Assembly (NCBI GenBank): GCA_016200765.1
Contig: JACQEC010000030.1
Span: 1 to 33,660, forward strand
DNA length: 33,660 nt
Source: Chloroflexota bacterium
Lineage (GTDB): Bacteria; Chloroflexota; Anaerolineae; JACRMK01
Direction: 5' to 3'
In this document: positions 9,787-17,510 of the stretch, piece after piece
How the letters are laid out: every line of letters begins with the position of its first letter
Numbering within the stretch: the first letter of the stretch is position 1
The notes under the pieces: model-generated
Database searches by the model: none
The model's input: only the letters and a program-made list of their open reading frames with translations
What the model was told of the DNA's origin: nothing
Position numbers and translations under genes: made by a program

Positions 9787-9896
9787 GCATCGGTTGGAAA
9801 CCGACGCCTACAGTTGGAAAACCCGCTACGCGGGTTGGGGACGCCGAACCGGCGCAGCCGGTTTGATAGCAATAGGCGTCGGTTTCCAACCGATGC
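9787..9896. repeat. 110-nt composite inverted repeat: 24-bp perfect outer stem enclosing two internal hairpins (REP/MITE-like or structured RNA)
   Basis: gcatcggttggaaaccgacgccta (9787-9810) is the exact reverse complement of 9873-9896. Inside are cccgc-tac-gcggg and ccggc-gca-gccgg hairpins. It lies directly after the GNAT stop codon. Confidence 0.7.
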
Positions 9897-9897
9897 C

Positions 9898-10977
9898 TCA
9901 CCCCTTCAGCCGCGCTTCCCACACCGTCTCAAACCCCAGCCCCGACCAGAACTTTGACGAGAGCGGGTTGTGTTGCAGGTAGATCAACCAGTAGTTGGCG
10001 ATGCGGCGCGCGCGAAACCACTCGTCGGCGGCGGCGAAGAGCAGGTGGCCAATGCCCTGCCCGCGGCGGCGCTCGTCCACCGCGGCTTCGGCGATCAGGC
10101 CGTAGCGGCCGGTGGCGAACAGTGGTTGCGCCCAATCGTCGTTGATCGTCTGCACATAGAGGCTGAAAAAGCCGACCACCGCGCCCGCGTCCTCCGCGAC
10201 CAACAGCGTGCTCTCGCGGCCATCTGCGGCGGCCTTCTCGAAGGTGCGCTTCATGCGCGCCGCTTCGCCCAGCGCAATCTGCAAGGTCGGCTCCAGCGCG
10301 GCGTGGTAGGCCATGCTCTGCATGCCGATGCGCACCGCGCCGTCAACATCGCGCGGCCCGGCGCGGCGCACCCGCACGGCGGGCGTGTTGGGGGCAACCG
10401 GAGGGGCAACCGCAAGGGTTGCCCCTACCGATGGGGTGTAGGGCGGGACGGGCGGGCGGCGCAAGGGCTCGCCCTGAGCTTGTCGAAGGGTGTAGGCGTA
10501 ATAGGGGCGGAAACCGAACGCGCGCGCGGCCTCGCGCATGGCTTCATCGCGGGTCGGGATGTGCACCAGCAAGGACGGCGTGCCCCAACGGACGGCTTGA
10601 TCTTCGGCGCGCGCCAGCAGGTCGGGCCATGTGGCGGGCGCTCCGGCAAACAGCCCGATGCTGGTAAAGGAACGGGGATAATACGACGCGAAGATGTCGC
10701 TCTCGCGCTGTTCGGCGTGGTAGAGGGCGATGGCGCCGGTGATGACGCCGCCCTCCTCCGCCGCGAAGGTCGCATAGCGCCCCAGCGACAGCCCGTCGGC
10801 AGAGGCTTTTGGGGCCAGCAGTCCCTTGATGAACCCGGAACTGCTCGGGAACGGAATGGCGTGCGGCGATGCTGTCAAGCGCGGGTCACGGCGGACGCGC
10901 TCGGCGGCCTGCGCCTCCGCCAGCGCTTCCAGCGCAGGCAGGTCGCGACTTTTGGCGAGCCGAATAACGTGGGTCAT
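9898..10977 (-). CDS. GNAT-family N-acetyltransferase, two tandem GNAT-like domains
   Basis: The C-terminal domain has the acetyl-CoA motif VDERRRGQGIGHLLF, and the N-terminal half is also GNAT-like. The linker LRQAQGEPLRRPPVPPYTPSVGATLAVAPPVAPN is encoded by repeat elements. Confidence 0.8.
   Translation of the reverse strand: MTHVIRLAKSRDLPALEALAEAQAAERVRRDPRLTASPHAIPFPSSSGFIKGLLAPKASADGLSLGRYATFAAEEGGVITGAIALYHAEQRESDIFASYYPRSFTSIGLFAGAPATWPDLLARAEDQAVRWGTPSLLVHIPTRDEAMREAARAFGFRPYYAYTLRQAQGEPLRRPPVPPYTPSVGATLAVAPPVAPNTPAVRVRRAGPRDVDGAVRIGMQSMAYHAALEPTLQIALGEAARMKRTFEKAAADGRESTLLVAEDAGAVVGFFSLYVQTINDDWAQPLFATGRYGLIAEAAVDERRRGQGIGHLLFAAADEWFRARRIANYWLIYLQHNPLSSKFWSGLGFETVWEARLKG
10391..10490. 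repeat. REP-like elements embedded in the GNAT coding sequence
   Basis: Contains ggggcaacc, then the hairpin ggggcaacc-gcaag-ggttgcccc (10403-10425). Also contains ccctgagcttgtcgaaggg (10472-10490), the reverse complement of the 2163-2180 motif family. Confidence 0.6.
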
Positions 10978-10980
10978 GGG

Positions 10981-11199
10981 CGCGTTATGCGTTGTGCGTT
11001 AGTGCGTTGCGCGTTGGCGCGATAGGTTCACCGCCGAGCGCGCCGAGAACGCCGGAGAGAACTCGGAACTTCACGCTCGAAACTTCACGCCGCGAAAGCG
11101 CCAGAGGAAATCTCTGCGTACTCGGCGTTCTCGGCGGTGAATGATTGCCCGCTTCGACGGTGCACGCGTGAACGCATAACGCGACAACGCGCTACGCCG
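10981..11199. repeat. Composite imperfect palindrome built of several short repeat families
   Basis: The left end has gcgttatgcgttgtgcgttagtgcgttgcgcgttgg and ttcaccgccgag(cgcgccgag)aacgcc. The right end has the mirror image ggcgttctcggcggtgaa ... gaacgcataacgcgacaacgcg. The centre has aacttcacgc x2. Confidence 0.6.
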
Positions 11200-11808
11200 C
11201 TACGCCGCACAGCGATCCACCACATCCACCAGCGTCTCCAACGGCTGTGCGCCGACCACCAGATACTTGCGCCCGACGATGAACGCCGGCACGCCGCTTA
11301 ACTTGTACATGAACCCCAGCGCCAGTTCGCGATCCACGCGGGCTTTCAGCGCGCGCTCGTCCAGCGCATGGCGGAAGGCCGCGCCATCCAGCCCCGCCGA
11401 TTCCGCCAACTCGGTCAGCACGTTCGGGTCGCTCAAGTTGCGCCCCTCGGCAAAGTGCGCGTGAAAGAGCGCGCGCGCATATGGCTCGATCAGCCCCGCG
11501 TCCTCCGCGAACTTCGCGCCCTCCAGCGCCAGCCGCGAGCGCGCATTGCGGTTGCGCGGCCCGAAGGTCAAGCCGTAGCCCTGCGCCATCGCCTGCACCT
11601 GCGGCCAATGCTCGTCCACCTTGCGGCGGTAGGCGGCTGTGCGCCGCTCCTCCTCCGGCGACGGCGGCGCGCTCGACTCCGGCCGTAGTTCATACGAGAG
11701 CCAGCGCACCTCGACATCGCGGATTCTACGCAAGCGGTCCAAACTGGACTGCGCCATGTAGCAGTACGGTCAGATGAAATCGCTGAAGACCTGAATCTCA
11801 ACGGGCAT
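11200..11808 (-). CDS. DsbA/FrnE-like thiol:disulfide oxidoreductase with in-frame TGA at the first active-site Cys (candidate selenoprotein; alternatively a nonsense pseudogene)
   Basis: ATG(11808) MPVEIQVFSDFI-TGA(11772-11770)-PYCYMAQSSLDRL..., continuing into the 185-aa ORF. GAGGTGA lies 5 nt upstream of the ATG. The C-terminal region (LSGVPAFIVG) is typical of the DSBA family. Confidence 0.6.
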
Positions 11809-11826
11809 ACGTCACCTCTCGGCGCA

Positions 11827-13032
11827 TTATACCGCAGATTCCGGCAGTGGTTGCCGCGCGCGCGGGATGCCAACCAACAAACCGATCGGCCCCAGCGCGA
11901 GGAGCACCATCGCCCACTCCAACCCGAAGTTCTCGGCGGCCAGCCCCAGCAACCACGGCGTGACTCCGGCGGCCATGGCCGCGACCGAGGAGAGGGCCAT
12001 GCTGGTGCCCGACTGCCCCGGCATGGCCGAGTAGAGTTGGCCGCGCACAATTGCGTACCAGCCGGCGGTCAACAGCCCGACCACCGCCAGCAGAATATAC
12101 TTGAGCCCGACCACCGGCGTGGCCAGCAAGGCGGCATAGACCATCAGCACAAGGAGCGCGCTCCAGCGCAGATAGGTCAGCCCGCGCACGCGCTCTAACA
12201 GCGGGATGATGAAGAAGCCTCCCACCAGCCCGGCCACCGATAAGACCGTCACCGCCAGCGCGGCTTCTGCCGTCGTCACCTGCACCACATCGGTAAAGTA
12301 GAGCGGGGCAAATTCGAGGAAGATATCGAGTATCAGGTTGCAGAGCTCGAGCAGAATCAACCAGCGCAGGATGTTGCGGTCGCTCAAGGCGCGCAGGGCG
12401 CTGACGACTCCGGCGCGGAATCCGGCGGTCACATCCGCTTCCTGAAAGGTGTCTGTGACGCTGGCGTGAGCCGCCCTCTGTGACCAGATCAGCGCCACCA
12501 GCGCGAGGGCGAAAACCGCGAAGCCCAGATACAAGGCCCGCCAGCCCCAACCCAGCGCCAGACCGCCGGAGACGAGCAGAGAGCCGCCCACCACGCCCAC
12601 CGAGCCGAACAGCGTCCAGCGCGCCATCATCTGTTCGTGGCGGCCGGGGTTCAGGTCCATCAGCGTCGCCTGCGACAAACTGACAAACGCGCCGCCGGCC
12701 GGGTAGAAGATCACAAAGCCAACCAACAGCGCGATGAACGTCTGGCTGAAGCCGATGATCGCCAGTGCCAGCGCGAAGACCAGCCCCCCGCCGACGATCA
12801 GCGCCTTGCGCTTCCAGACATCGCCCAGAATGCCGAGCGCCGGCTCCAGCGCATTGCCGACCAGCGCGGGCACGCTCAACAGCAGGCCGATCTGCTCGTA
12901 ATTCAGGTTCAGGTCGGCGCGGATGACCGGCAGGGCCGCGCCTTGCGCGCCATAGACCAACTCATCGAGCAGTTCAATCGTCAGGATGACGAGCGTGGCG
13001 CTCCAGAGCGAACGCAGGGCGGGGCGGCGCAT
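11827..13032 (-). CDS. MFS transporter
   Basis: About 12 predicted hydrophobic helices in an MFS-like pattern. Start set at ATG 13032 (MRRPALRSLW) because the longer ORF would read through the 13041-13109 inverted repeat. Confidence 0.75.
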   Translation of the reverse strand: MRRPALRSLWSATLVILTIELLDELVYGAQGAALPVIRADLNLNYEQIGLLLSVPALVGNALEPALGILGDVWKRKALIVGGGLVFALALAIIGFSQTFIALLVGFVIFYPAGGAFVSLSQATLMDLNPGRHEQMMARWTLFGSVGVVGGSLLVSGGLALGWGWRALYLGFAVFALALVALIWSQRAAHASVTDTFQEADVTAGFRAGVVSALRALSDRNILRWLILLELCNLILDIFLEFAPLYFTDVVQVTTAEAALAVTVLSVAGLVGGFFIIPLLERVRGLTYLRWSALLVLMVYAALLATPVVGLKYILLAVVGLLTAGWYAIVRGQLYSAMPGQSGTSMALSSVAAMAAGVTPWLLGLAAENFGLEWAMVLLALGPIGLLVGIPRARQPLPESAV

Positions 13033-13040
13033 GGGCGAAG

Positions 13041-13109
13041 TAGGGGCGAAGCCGCGCGCACGCATCACCACGTTAACGAGCAGTCTAAGCGCGCGCGGCT
13101 TCGCCCCTA
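13041..13109. repeat. Inverted repeat TAGGGGCGAAGCCGCGCGC / GCGCGCGGCTTCGCCCCTA (19-bp arms, 31-nt loop); likely terminator or REP-like element after the SLT gene
   Basis: Arms at 13041-13059 and 13091-13109 are exact reverse complements. It belongs to the same TAGGGGCGAA...TTCGCCCCTA family as 27362-27387. Confidence 0.6.
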
Positions 13110-13130
13110 TCGGCGGGGGTGCTCCCACGT

Positions 13131-13685
13131 TTAGCGTGGCAAGTAGCGCTTGAAGCGCTCGTAGTAGGCCAGCACCGCCGGCACATAGCGCTGGGTCTCC
13201 GCCGGCAGGAACCCGGCGTAGGCGTCGTAGCGGGCGATGGGCGCGTTGGCGCGCCGGGCCGCGCCGCGCACTCCGGCGTAGCGGTAAGCGGGGTTGCGCG
13301 ATACCTCTTCGTCGAGCAGGCCAGGGCCGGCGTTATAGGCCGCCAGCGCGGGGCGCAAATCCTTAAAGGTCTGCAAGTGGCCGGCCAGAATATGCACGCC
13401 TAGCGCCACGTTGGGCTGTGGGTCAAACGGGCCGCCCAGCACCTGCATCAGGCCGTTGGCGCCGGCGCGGGATTGCGCGTTGGGGTTGCCGCCGGACTCC
13501 TGCATCATGATCGCGGCAATCAACACCGGATCAACCTTATACTGGTCGGCGGCCGGCTCGATCAACTCCCACCAGCGAGTAACCGCGTCGGGCGGGCTGT
13601 CCGATACGCCCAGCGAGCCGAGCAGAAGGATGGCGCCGATCAGCACGACGGCGCAGATGAGCCAATAGCGCATAAGTGTCATCAC
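13131..13685 (-). CDS. Lytic transglycosylase (SLT domain) with N-terminal membrane anchor
   Basis: SLT catalytic context AAIMMQESGGNPNAQSRAGANGLMQV, and an N-terminal TM segment YWLICAVVLIGAILLL. Confidence 0.8.
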   Translation of the reverse strand: MMTLMRYWLICAVVLIGAILLLGSLGVSDSPPDAVTRWWELIEPAADQYKVDPVLIAAIMMQESGGNPNAQSRAGANGLMQVLGGPFDPQPNVALGVHILAGHLQTFKDLRPALAAYNAGPGLLDEEVSRNPAYRYAGVRGAARRANAPIARYDAYAGFLPAETQRYVPAVLAYYERFKRYLPR

Positions 13686-13793
13686 CGATTACGGTGTTGA
13701 GGCATTATACCCTCGAACCGTCGAAAAAGGGTAGTCCGACTTAACGCTTGACCCCTACTCCAAATTGAGAATTGCTGTTGCAGCCCCAACCTC

Positions 13794-13822
13794 TTGACAG
13801 TATCGTACCGTCGTGGTATTAT
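13794..13822 (+). promoter_or_regulatory. Sigma-70-type promoter of the hrcA-grpE-dnaK-dnaJ operon
   Basis: TTGACA (13794-13799), 17-nt spacer, TATTAT (13817-13822). Confidence 0.75.
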
Positions 13823-13835
13823 CTTTAGGTAAGGT

Positions 13836-13872
13836 TTAGCACTCAAAGCATATGACTGCTAACGAGTGCTAA
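13836..13872 (+). promoter_or_regulatory. CIRCE operator (HrcA binding site) with duplicated right half-site
   Basis: TTAGCACTC-aaagcatat-GACTGCTAA-c-GAGTGCTAA. The canonical N9 spacing pairs with a 1-mismatch arm. A perfect second right arm follows 1 nt later, which is N19 relative to the left arm. Confidence 0.85.
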
Positions 13873-13884
13873 GGGGTTTCGAGA

Positions 13885-14913
13885 GTGCCAATTGACCTGA
13901 CGGGCAGACAACAATTTATTCTGGCTCAGGTGGTGCAGAATTATGTCACGATGGCCACCCCCATCGGCTCCGAGCTGATTGCTCAACGGATGCCGATGCG
14001 CACCAGTTCGGCCACCGTGCGCAACGAGATGGCCGCCCTGGAGGAGTTGGGCTATTTGATGCACCCCCACACCTCGGCTGGGCGCGTGCCGACGGCCAAG
14101 GGCTACCGCTATTTCGTCGAGCGGCTGATGGAGCAGTCCGACCTGACCGAGGCAGAGAAGCGGACGATCCAGCACCAGTTCCATCAGGCACACCTTGACC
14201 TTGAGCAGTGGATGCGGCTCGCGGCGGCGGTCGTCAGCCACACGGCGCAATCTACCGCGCTGGTGACGGCCCCGAAATCCCCGCAGTCATACTTTAAGCA
14301 CCTCGAACTGCTGGCGATCAGCGAGAACCTGATTCTGGTGCTGTTGGTGCTGCGCGATGGCACGGTCAAACAGCAGATGACCGCCACCCCACAGCCCGCC
14401 CCCGCGCAGGAAGAACTCAGCGTGCTGTCCGCCCAACTCAACGCGCACCTCGCGGGGCTGAACGCGCGCGGGGTCTCGGCGTTGATGGCGGAGGCGCACG
14501 GGCTTGAGGCGCAGGTGCTTGACCGCGTCGCCACGATTATGTACCAGATTGACCATCGCGGTAATCTGGAGATTTATCGCGACGGCTTGAGCCTGATGCT
14601 GCAACAGCCGGAGTTTAAGAGCGGCTCGCACGCCGAGCGGCTGATGCACATGTTGGAGGCAGGCACGTCTATGGAGCGCCTGCTCGACGAGGCGGCGACG
14701 GCCAACGGCGTGCAGATCGTGATCGGCGGCGACGAGCGCTGGAGCGACATGCGGGACGTGAGCCTGATCCTCGCGCGCTATGGGGGCATGGCCGAAGCGA
14801 CGGGCGTGGTGGCCGTGTTGGGCCCCCTGCGCATGTCGTATGGCCGCGCCATCTCCACCGTGCGCTTTGTCGCCAGTGTGATGGATGGTCTGGTCGAGTG
14901 GATTTATAAGTGA
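13885..14913 (+). CDS. hrcA: Heat-inducible transcription repressor HrcA
   Basis: GTG start 8 nt after AAGGGG. N-terminal winged-helix LTGRQQFILAQVVQNYV....PIGS..I and ...SSATVRNEMA.LEE.GYL..PHTSAGR.PT..GYR. Sits in the hrcA-grpE-dnaK-dnaJ context downstream of CIRCE. Confidence 0.9.
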   Translation: MPIDLTGRQQFILAQVVQNYVTMATPIGSELIAQRMPMRTSSATVRNEMAALEELGYLMHPHTSAGRVPTAKGYRYFVERLMEQSDLTEAEKRTIQHQFHQAHLDLEQWMRLAAAVVSHTAQSTALVTAPKSPQSYFKHLELLAISENLILVLLVLRDGTVKQQMTATPQPAPAQEELSVLSAQLNAHLAGLNARGVSALMAEAHGLEAQVLDRVATIMYQIDHRGNLEIYRDGLSLMLQQPEFKSGSHAERLMHMLEAGTSMERLLDEAATANGVQIVIGGDERWSDMRDVSLILARYGGMAEATGVVAVLGPLRMSYGRAISTVRFVASVMDGLVEWIYK

Positions 14914-14958
14914 TGGACAAACATCCACTTACCCAATAGTTTAACGCGGAGGCATTGA

Positions 14959-15480
14959 TTGAGCATGTCTGAAGAGAAGGTCGCCGAAGCGACCACACAG
15001 GAGCAGACCGAGGAGCAGGCCGACGACGAGTTGGTTGCCGCCCAAGAGCAGGCCGCCGAGTATCTGGATCAGTGGCGGCGCACGGCGGCGGAGTTTTCCA
15101 ACTACCGCAAGCGCAAGGACCGGGAGGTCGCCGACGCGATCAGCACGGCGAGCGCCGACGTGATCAAGCGGCTGTTGCCGGTCCTAGATGATTTTGACCG
15201 CGCGTTCAAGGCGCTGCCGGACGACTTGCAACGCCACGCCTGGCTGGAAGGCTTCCGGCTCATCGAGCGCAAGTTCAAGCAGGTGCTCGATCAGGCCGGG
15301 GTCACGGTCATCGAGACGGTGGGCCAACGTTTCGATCCCACCGTCCACGAGAGCGCGGCGCTGGAGGAGAGCGATCGAGAAGAAGGCACGATACTGGAAG
15401 AGTATCGCAAAGGTTACAGGTTAGGCGACAAGGTCTTGCGGCCGGCGATGGTGAAGGTCGCACAGCGCGCAAGCGATTGA
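14959..15480 (+). CDS. grpE: Nucleotide exchange factor GrpE
   Basis: Motifs AEFSNYRKR, LLPVLDDFDRA and a C-terminal LRPAMVKV. TTG at 14959 lies 6 nt after GGAGG; an alternative ATG lies at 14965. Confidence 0.9.
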   Translation: MSMSEEKVAEATTQEQTEEQADDELVAAQEQAAEYLDQWRRTAAEFSNYRKRKDREVADAISTASADVIKRLLPVLDDFDRAFKALPDDLQRHAWLEGFRLIERKFKQVLDQAGVTVIETVGQRFDPTVHESAALEESDREEGTILEEYRKGYRLGDKVLRPAMVKVAQRASD

Positions 15481-15506
15481 ACTGATCATTTTAGGAGCGA
15501 TTGAAC

Positions 15507-17411
15507 ATGAGCAAGATTATCGGCATTGATCTCGGCACGACGAATTCGGTGGTGGCGGTGATGGAAGGCAGCGAGCCGAAGGTGATCCCCAGCGCGGAAG
15601 GCTCGAACCTCGTCCCGTCTATTGTGGCGGTCAACCCCAAGACGGGCGAGCGCATGGTGGGACAGGTCGCCAAGCGGCAGGCCGTCACCAACAGCGAGAA
15701 CACGATCTTCTCGATCAAGCGCCTGATGGGGCGCAAGTATAAAGACGCGGAGGTGCAGAAGGCGCTCAAGATTCTGCCCTACAAGGTTGTCGAGGCGCCC
15801 AATGGCGACTGCCGCGTGGTGATGGGCGGCAAGGAATATTCGCCGCCGGAAATCTCGGCGATGATCCTGCGCAAGTTGAAGGAAGACGCGGAGACGTATC
15901 TGGGCGAAAAGATCACGCAGGCGGTCATCACCGTGCCGGCCTACTTCAACGACTCCCAGCGCAACGCGACCAAAGACGCCGGCAAGATCGCCGGACTGGA
16001 CGTGCTGCGCATTATCAACGAGCCGACCGCTTCGGCGCTGGCCTACGGCCTGGATAAGAAGAAGGACGAGAAGATTGCCGTCTATGACCTCGGCGGCGGC
16101 ACCTTCGACATCTCGATCCTGGAACTGGGCGAGGGCGTCTTTGAGGTCAAGTCCACCAACGGCGACACGTTTCTCGGCGGCGACGACTTCGATCAGCGCA
16201 TCATGAACTGGATCGTGGACGAATTCAAACGCGAGCAGGGTATTGACCTGCGCAACGACCGCATGGCTCTGCAACGACTGAAGGAAGCGGCGGAGAAGGC
16301 CAAGATCGAGTTGTCCAGCACACAGCAGACCGAAATCAACCTGCCGTTTATTACGGCGGACGCTTCCGGCCCGAAGCATATGGTCATGCCGCTCACCCGC
16401 TCGAAGTTGAACCAGTTGACCGAAGACCTGGTACAGCGCTCGGTCTCGCCGGTCAAGCAGGCGCTGGACGACGCGAAGATGCGCCCGGCCGAGGTGGACG
16501 AGGTGGTGCTGGTGGGCGGCATGACCCGCTCGCCGCTGGTGCAGGAGACCGTGCGTAAGTTCTTCGGCAAGGAGCCTAACCAGAGCGTCCACCCCGACGA
16601 GGTGGTGGCGGTGGGCGCAGCGATACAGGCCGGCGTGTTGGGCGGCGAGGTGAAGGATGTGCTGTTACTCGACGTGACGCCGCTGACGCTGGGCATCGAG
16701 ACGCTGGGCGGCGTCGCGACGCCGCTGATCGAGCGCAACACGACCATCCCCACCAAGAAGTCGCAGGTCTTCTCGACCGCCTCCGACGGCCAGACCTCGG
16801 TGGAGATTCACGTGGTGCAGGGCGAGCGCCCGCTGGCGACCGACAACAAGACGCTGGGCCGCTTCATCCTCGACGGCATCCCGCCGGCGCCGCGCGGCCT
16901 GCCGCAGGTCGAAGTGACCTTCGACATTGACGCCGACGGCATCCTGCACGTGACCGCGCAGGACAAAGCCACCGGCCGCGAGCAGAAGATTGCCATCACG
17001 GCCTCGTCGGGTTTGAACAAAGAGGAAGTCGAGCGCATGGTCAAGGAGGCGCAGCGCCACGCCGCCGAAGACGCCAAGCGCAAGGAAGAGATCGAGACGC
17101 GCAACACCGCCGATAACCTCGCCTGGCAGGCCGAGAAGTTTGTGAAGGAGAACGGCGAAAAGATCGGCGCCGACAACAAGGCGAAGCTGGAAGGCAAGAC
17201 CGGCGCCCTGCGCGAGGCGCTGAAGGGCAAAGACACGGCGGCCATCAAGCGGCAGGCCGAGGACTTACAGGAAACGTTACAGCAGGTCGGCGCGGCGATG
17301 TATCAGCAAACCGGCGGCGCGCCGCCTCCCGGCGACGGCGCCTCCCCGGACGGCAGCGACGGCAAGAAGCAGGAAGAGGGCACCGTCGAGGGAGAGTACA
17401 GGGAAGTATAA
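15507..17411 (+). CDS. dnaK: Molecular chaperone DnaK (Hsp70)
   Basis: Motifs [22 protein letters not shown] and [11 protein letters not shown] at 15507 lies 9 nt after AGGAG. Confidence 0.95.
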   Translation: MSKIIGIDLGTTNSVVAVMEGSEPKVIPSAEGSNLVPSIVAVNPKTGERMVGQVAKRQAVTNSENTIFSIKRLMGRKYKDAEVQKALKILPYKVVEAPNGDCRVVMGGKEYSPPEISAMILRKLKEDAETYLGEKITQAVITVPAYFNDSQRNATKDAGKIAGLDVLRIINEPTASALAYGLDKKKDEKIAVYDLGGGTFDISILELGEGVFEVKSTNGDTFLGGDDFDQRIMNWIVDEFKREQGIDLRNDRMALQRLKEAAEKAKIELSSTQQTEINLPFITADASGPKHMVMPLTRSKLNQLTEDLVQRSVSPVKQALDDAKMRPAEVDEVVLVGGMTRSPLVQETVRKFFGKEPNQSVHPDEVVAVGAAIQAGVLGGEVKDVLLLDVTPLTLGIETLGGVATPLIERNTTIPTKKSQVFSTASDGQTSVEIHVVQGERPLATDNKTLGRFILDGIPPAPRGLPQVEVTFDIDADGILHVTAQDKATGREQKIAITASSGLNKEEVERMVKEAQRHAAEDAKRKEEIETRNTADNLAWQAEKFVKENGEKIGADNKAKLEGKTGALREALKGKDTAAIKRQAEDLQETLQQVGAAMYQQTGGAPPPGDGASPDGSDGKKQEEGTVEGEYREV

Positions 17412-17424
17412 TGGGGCAGGTCGG

Positions 17425-17454
17425 GTCGTTGGGCGGCGTGAGCCGCCCAACGAC
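17425..17454 (+). other. 13-bp perfect stem-loop in the dnaK-dnaJ spacer (partial terminator or mRNA-stabilising hairpin)
   Basis: gtcgttgggcggc-gtga-gccgcccaacgac. No U-tract follows. Confidence 0.5.
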
Positions 17455-17510
17455 CAAACGATCGGAGTTGGTTTGACCCTCTTGGCAGAATCCAGTAAAC
17501 TCAAACCCTC

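Noticed and set aside
9970-11025. 351-aa + strand ORF opposite the GNAT gene
   Set aside because: It has no motifs and is Arg/Gly/Ala-rich. The minus-strand frame carries the acetyl-CoA-binding motif.
11798-12550. 250-aa alternative-frame ORF within the MFS gene
   Set aside because: It lies on the same strand in a different frame. It is Arg/Gly-rich and lacks the hydrophobic helix pattern seen in the MFS frame.
15486-16592. 368-aa ORF antisense to dnaK
   Set aside because: dnaK is unambiguous on the + strand. Long open antisense frames opposite hsp70 genes are a well-known non-coding phenomenon.
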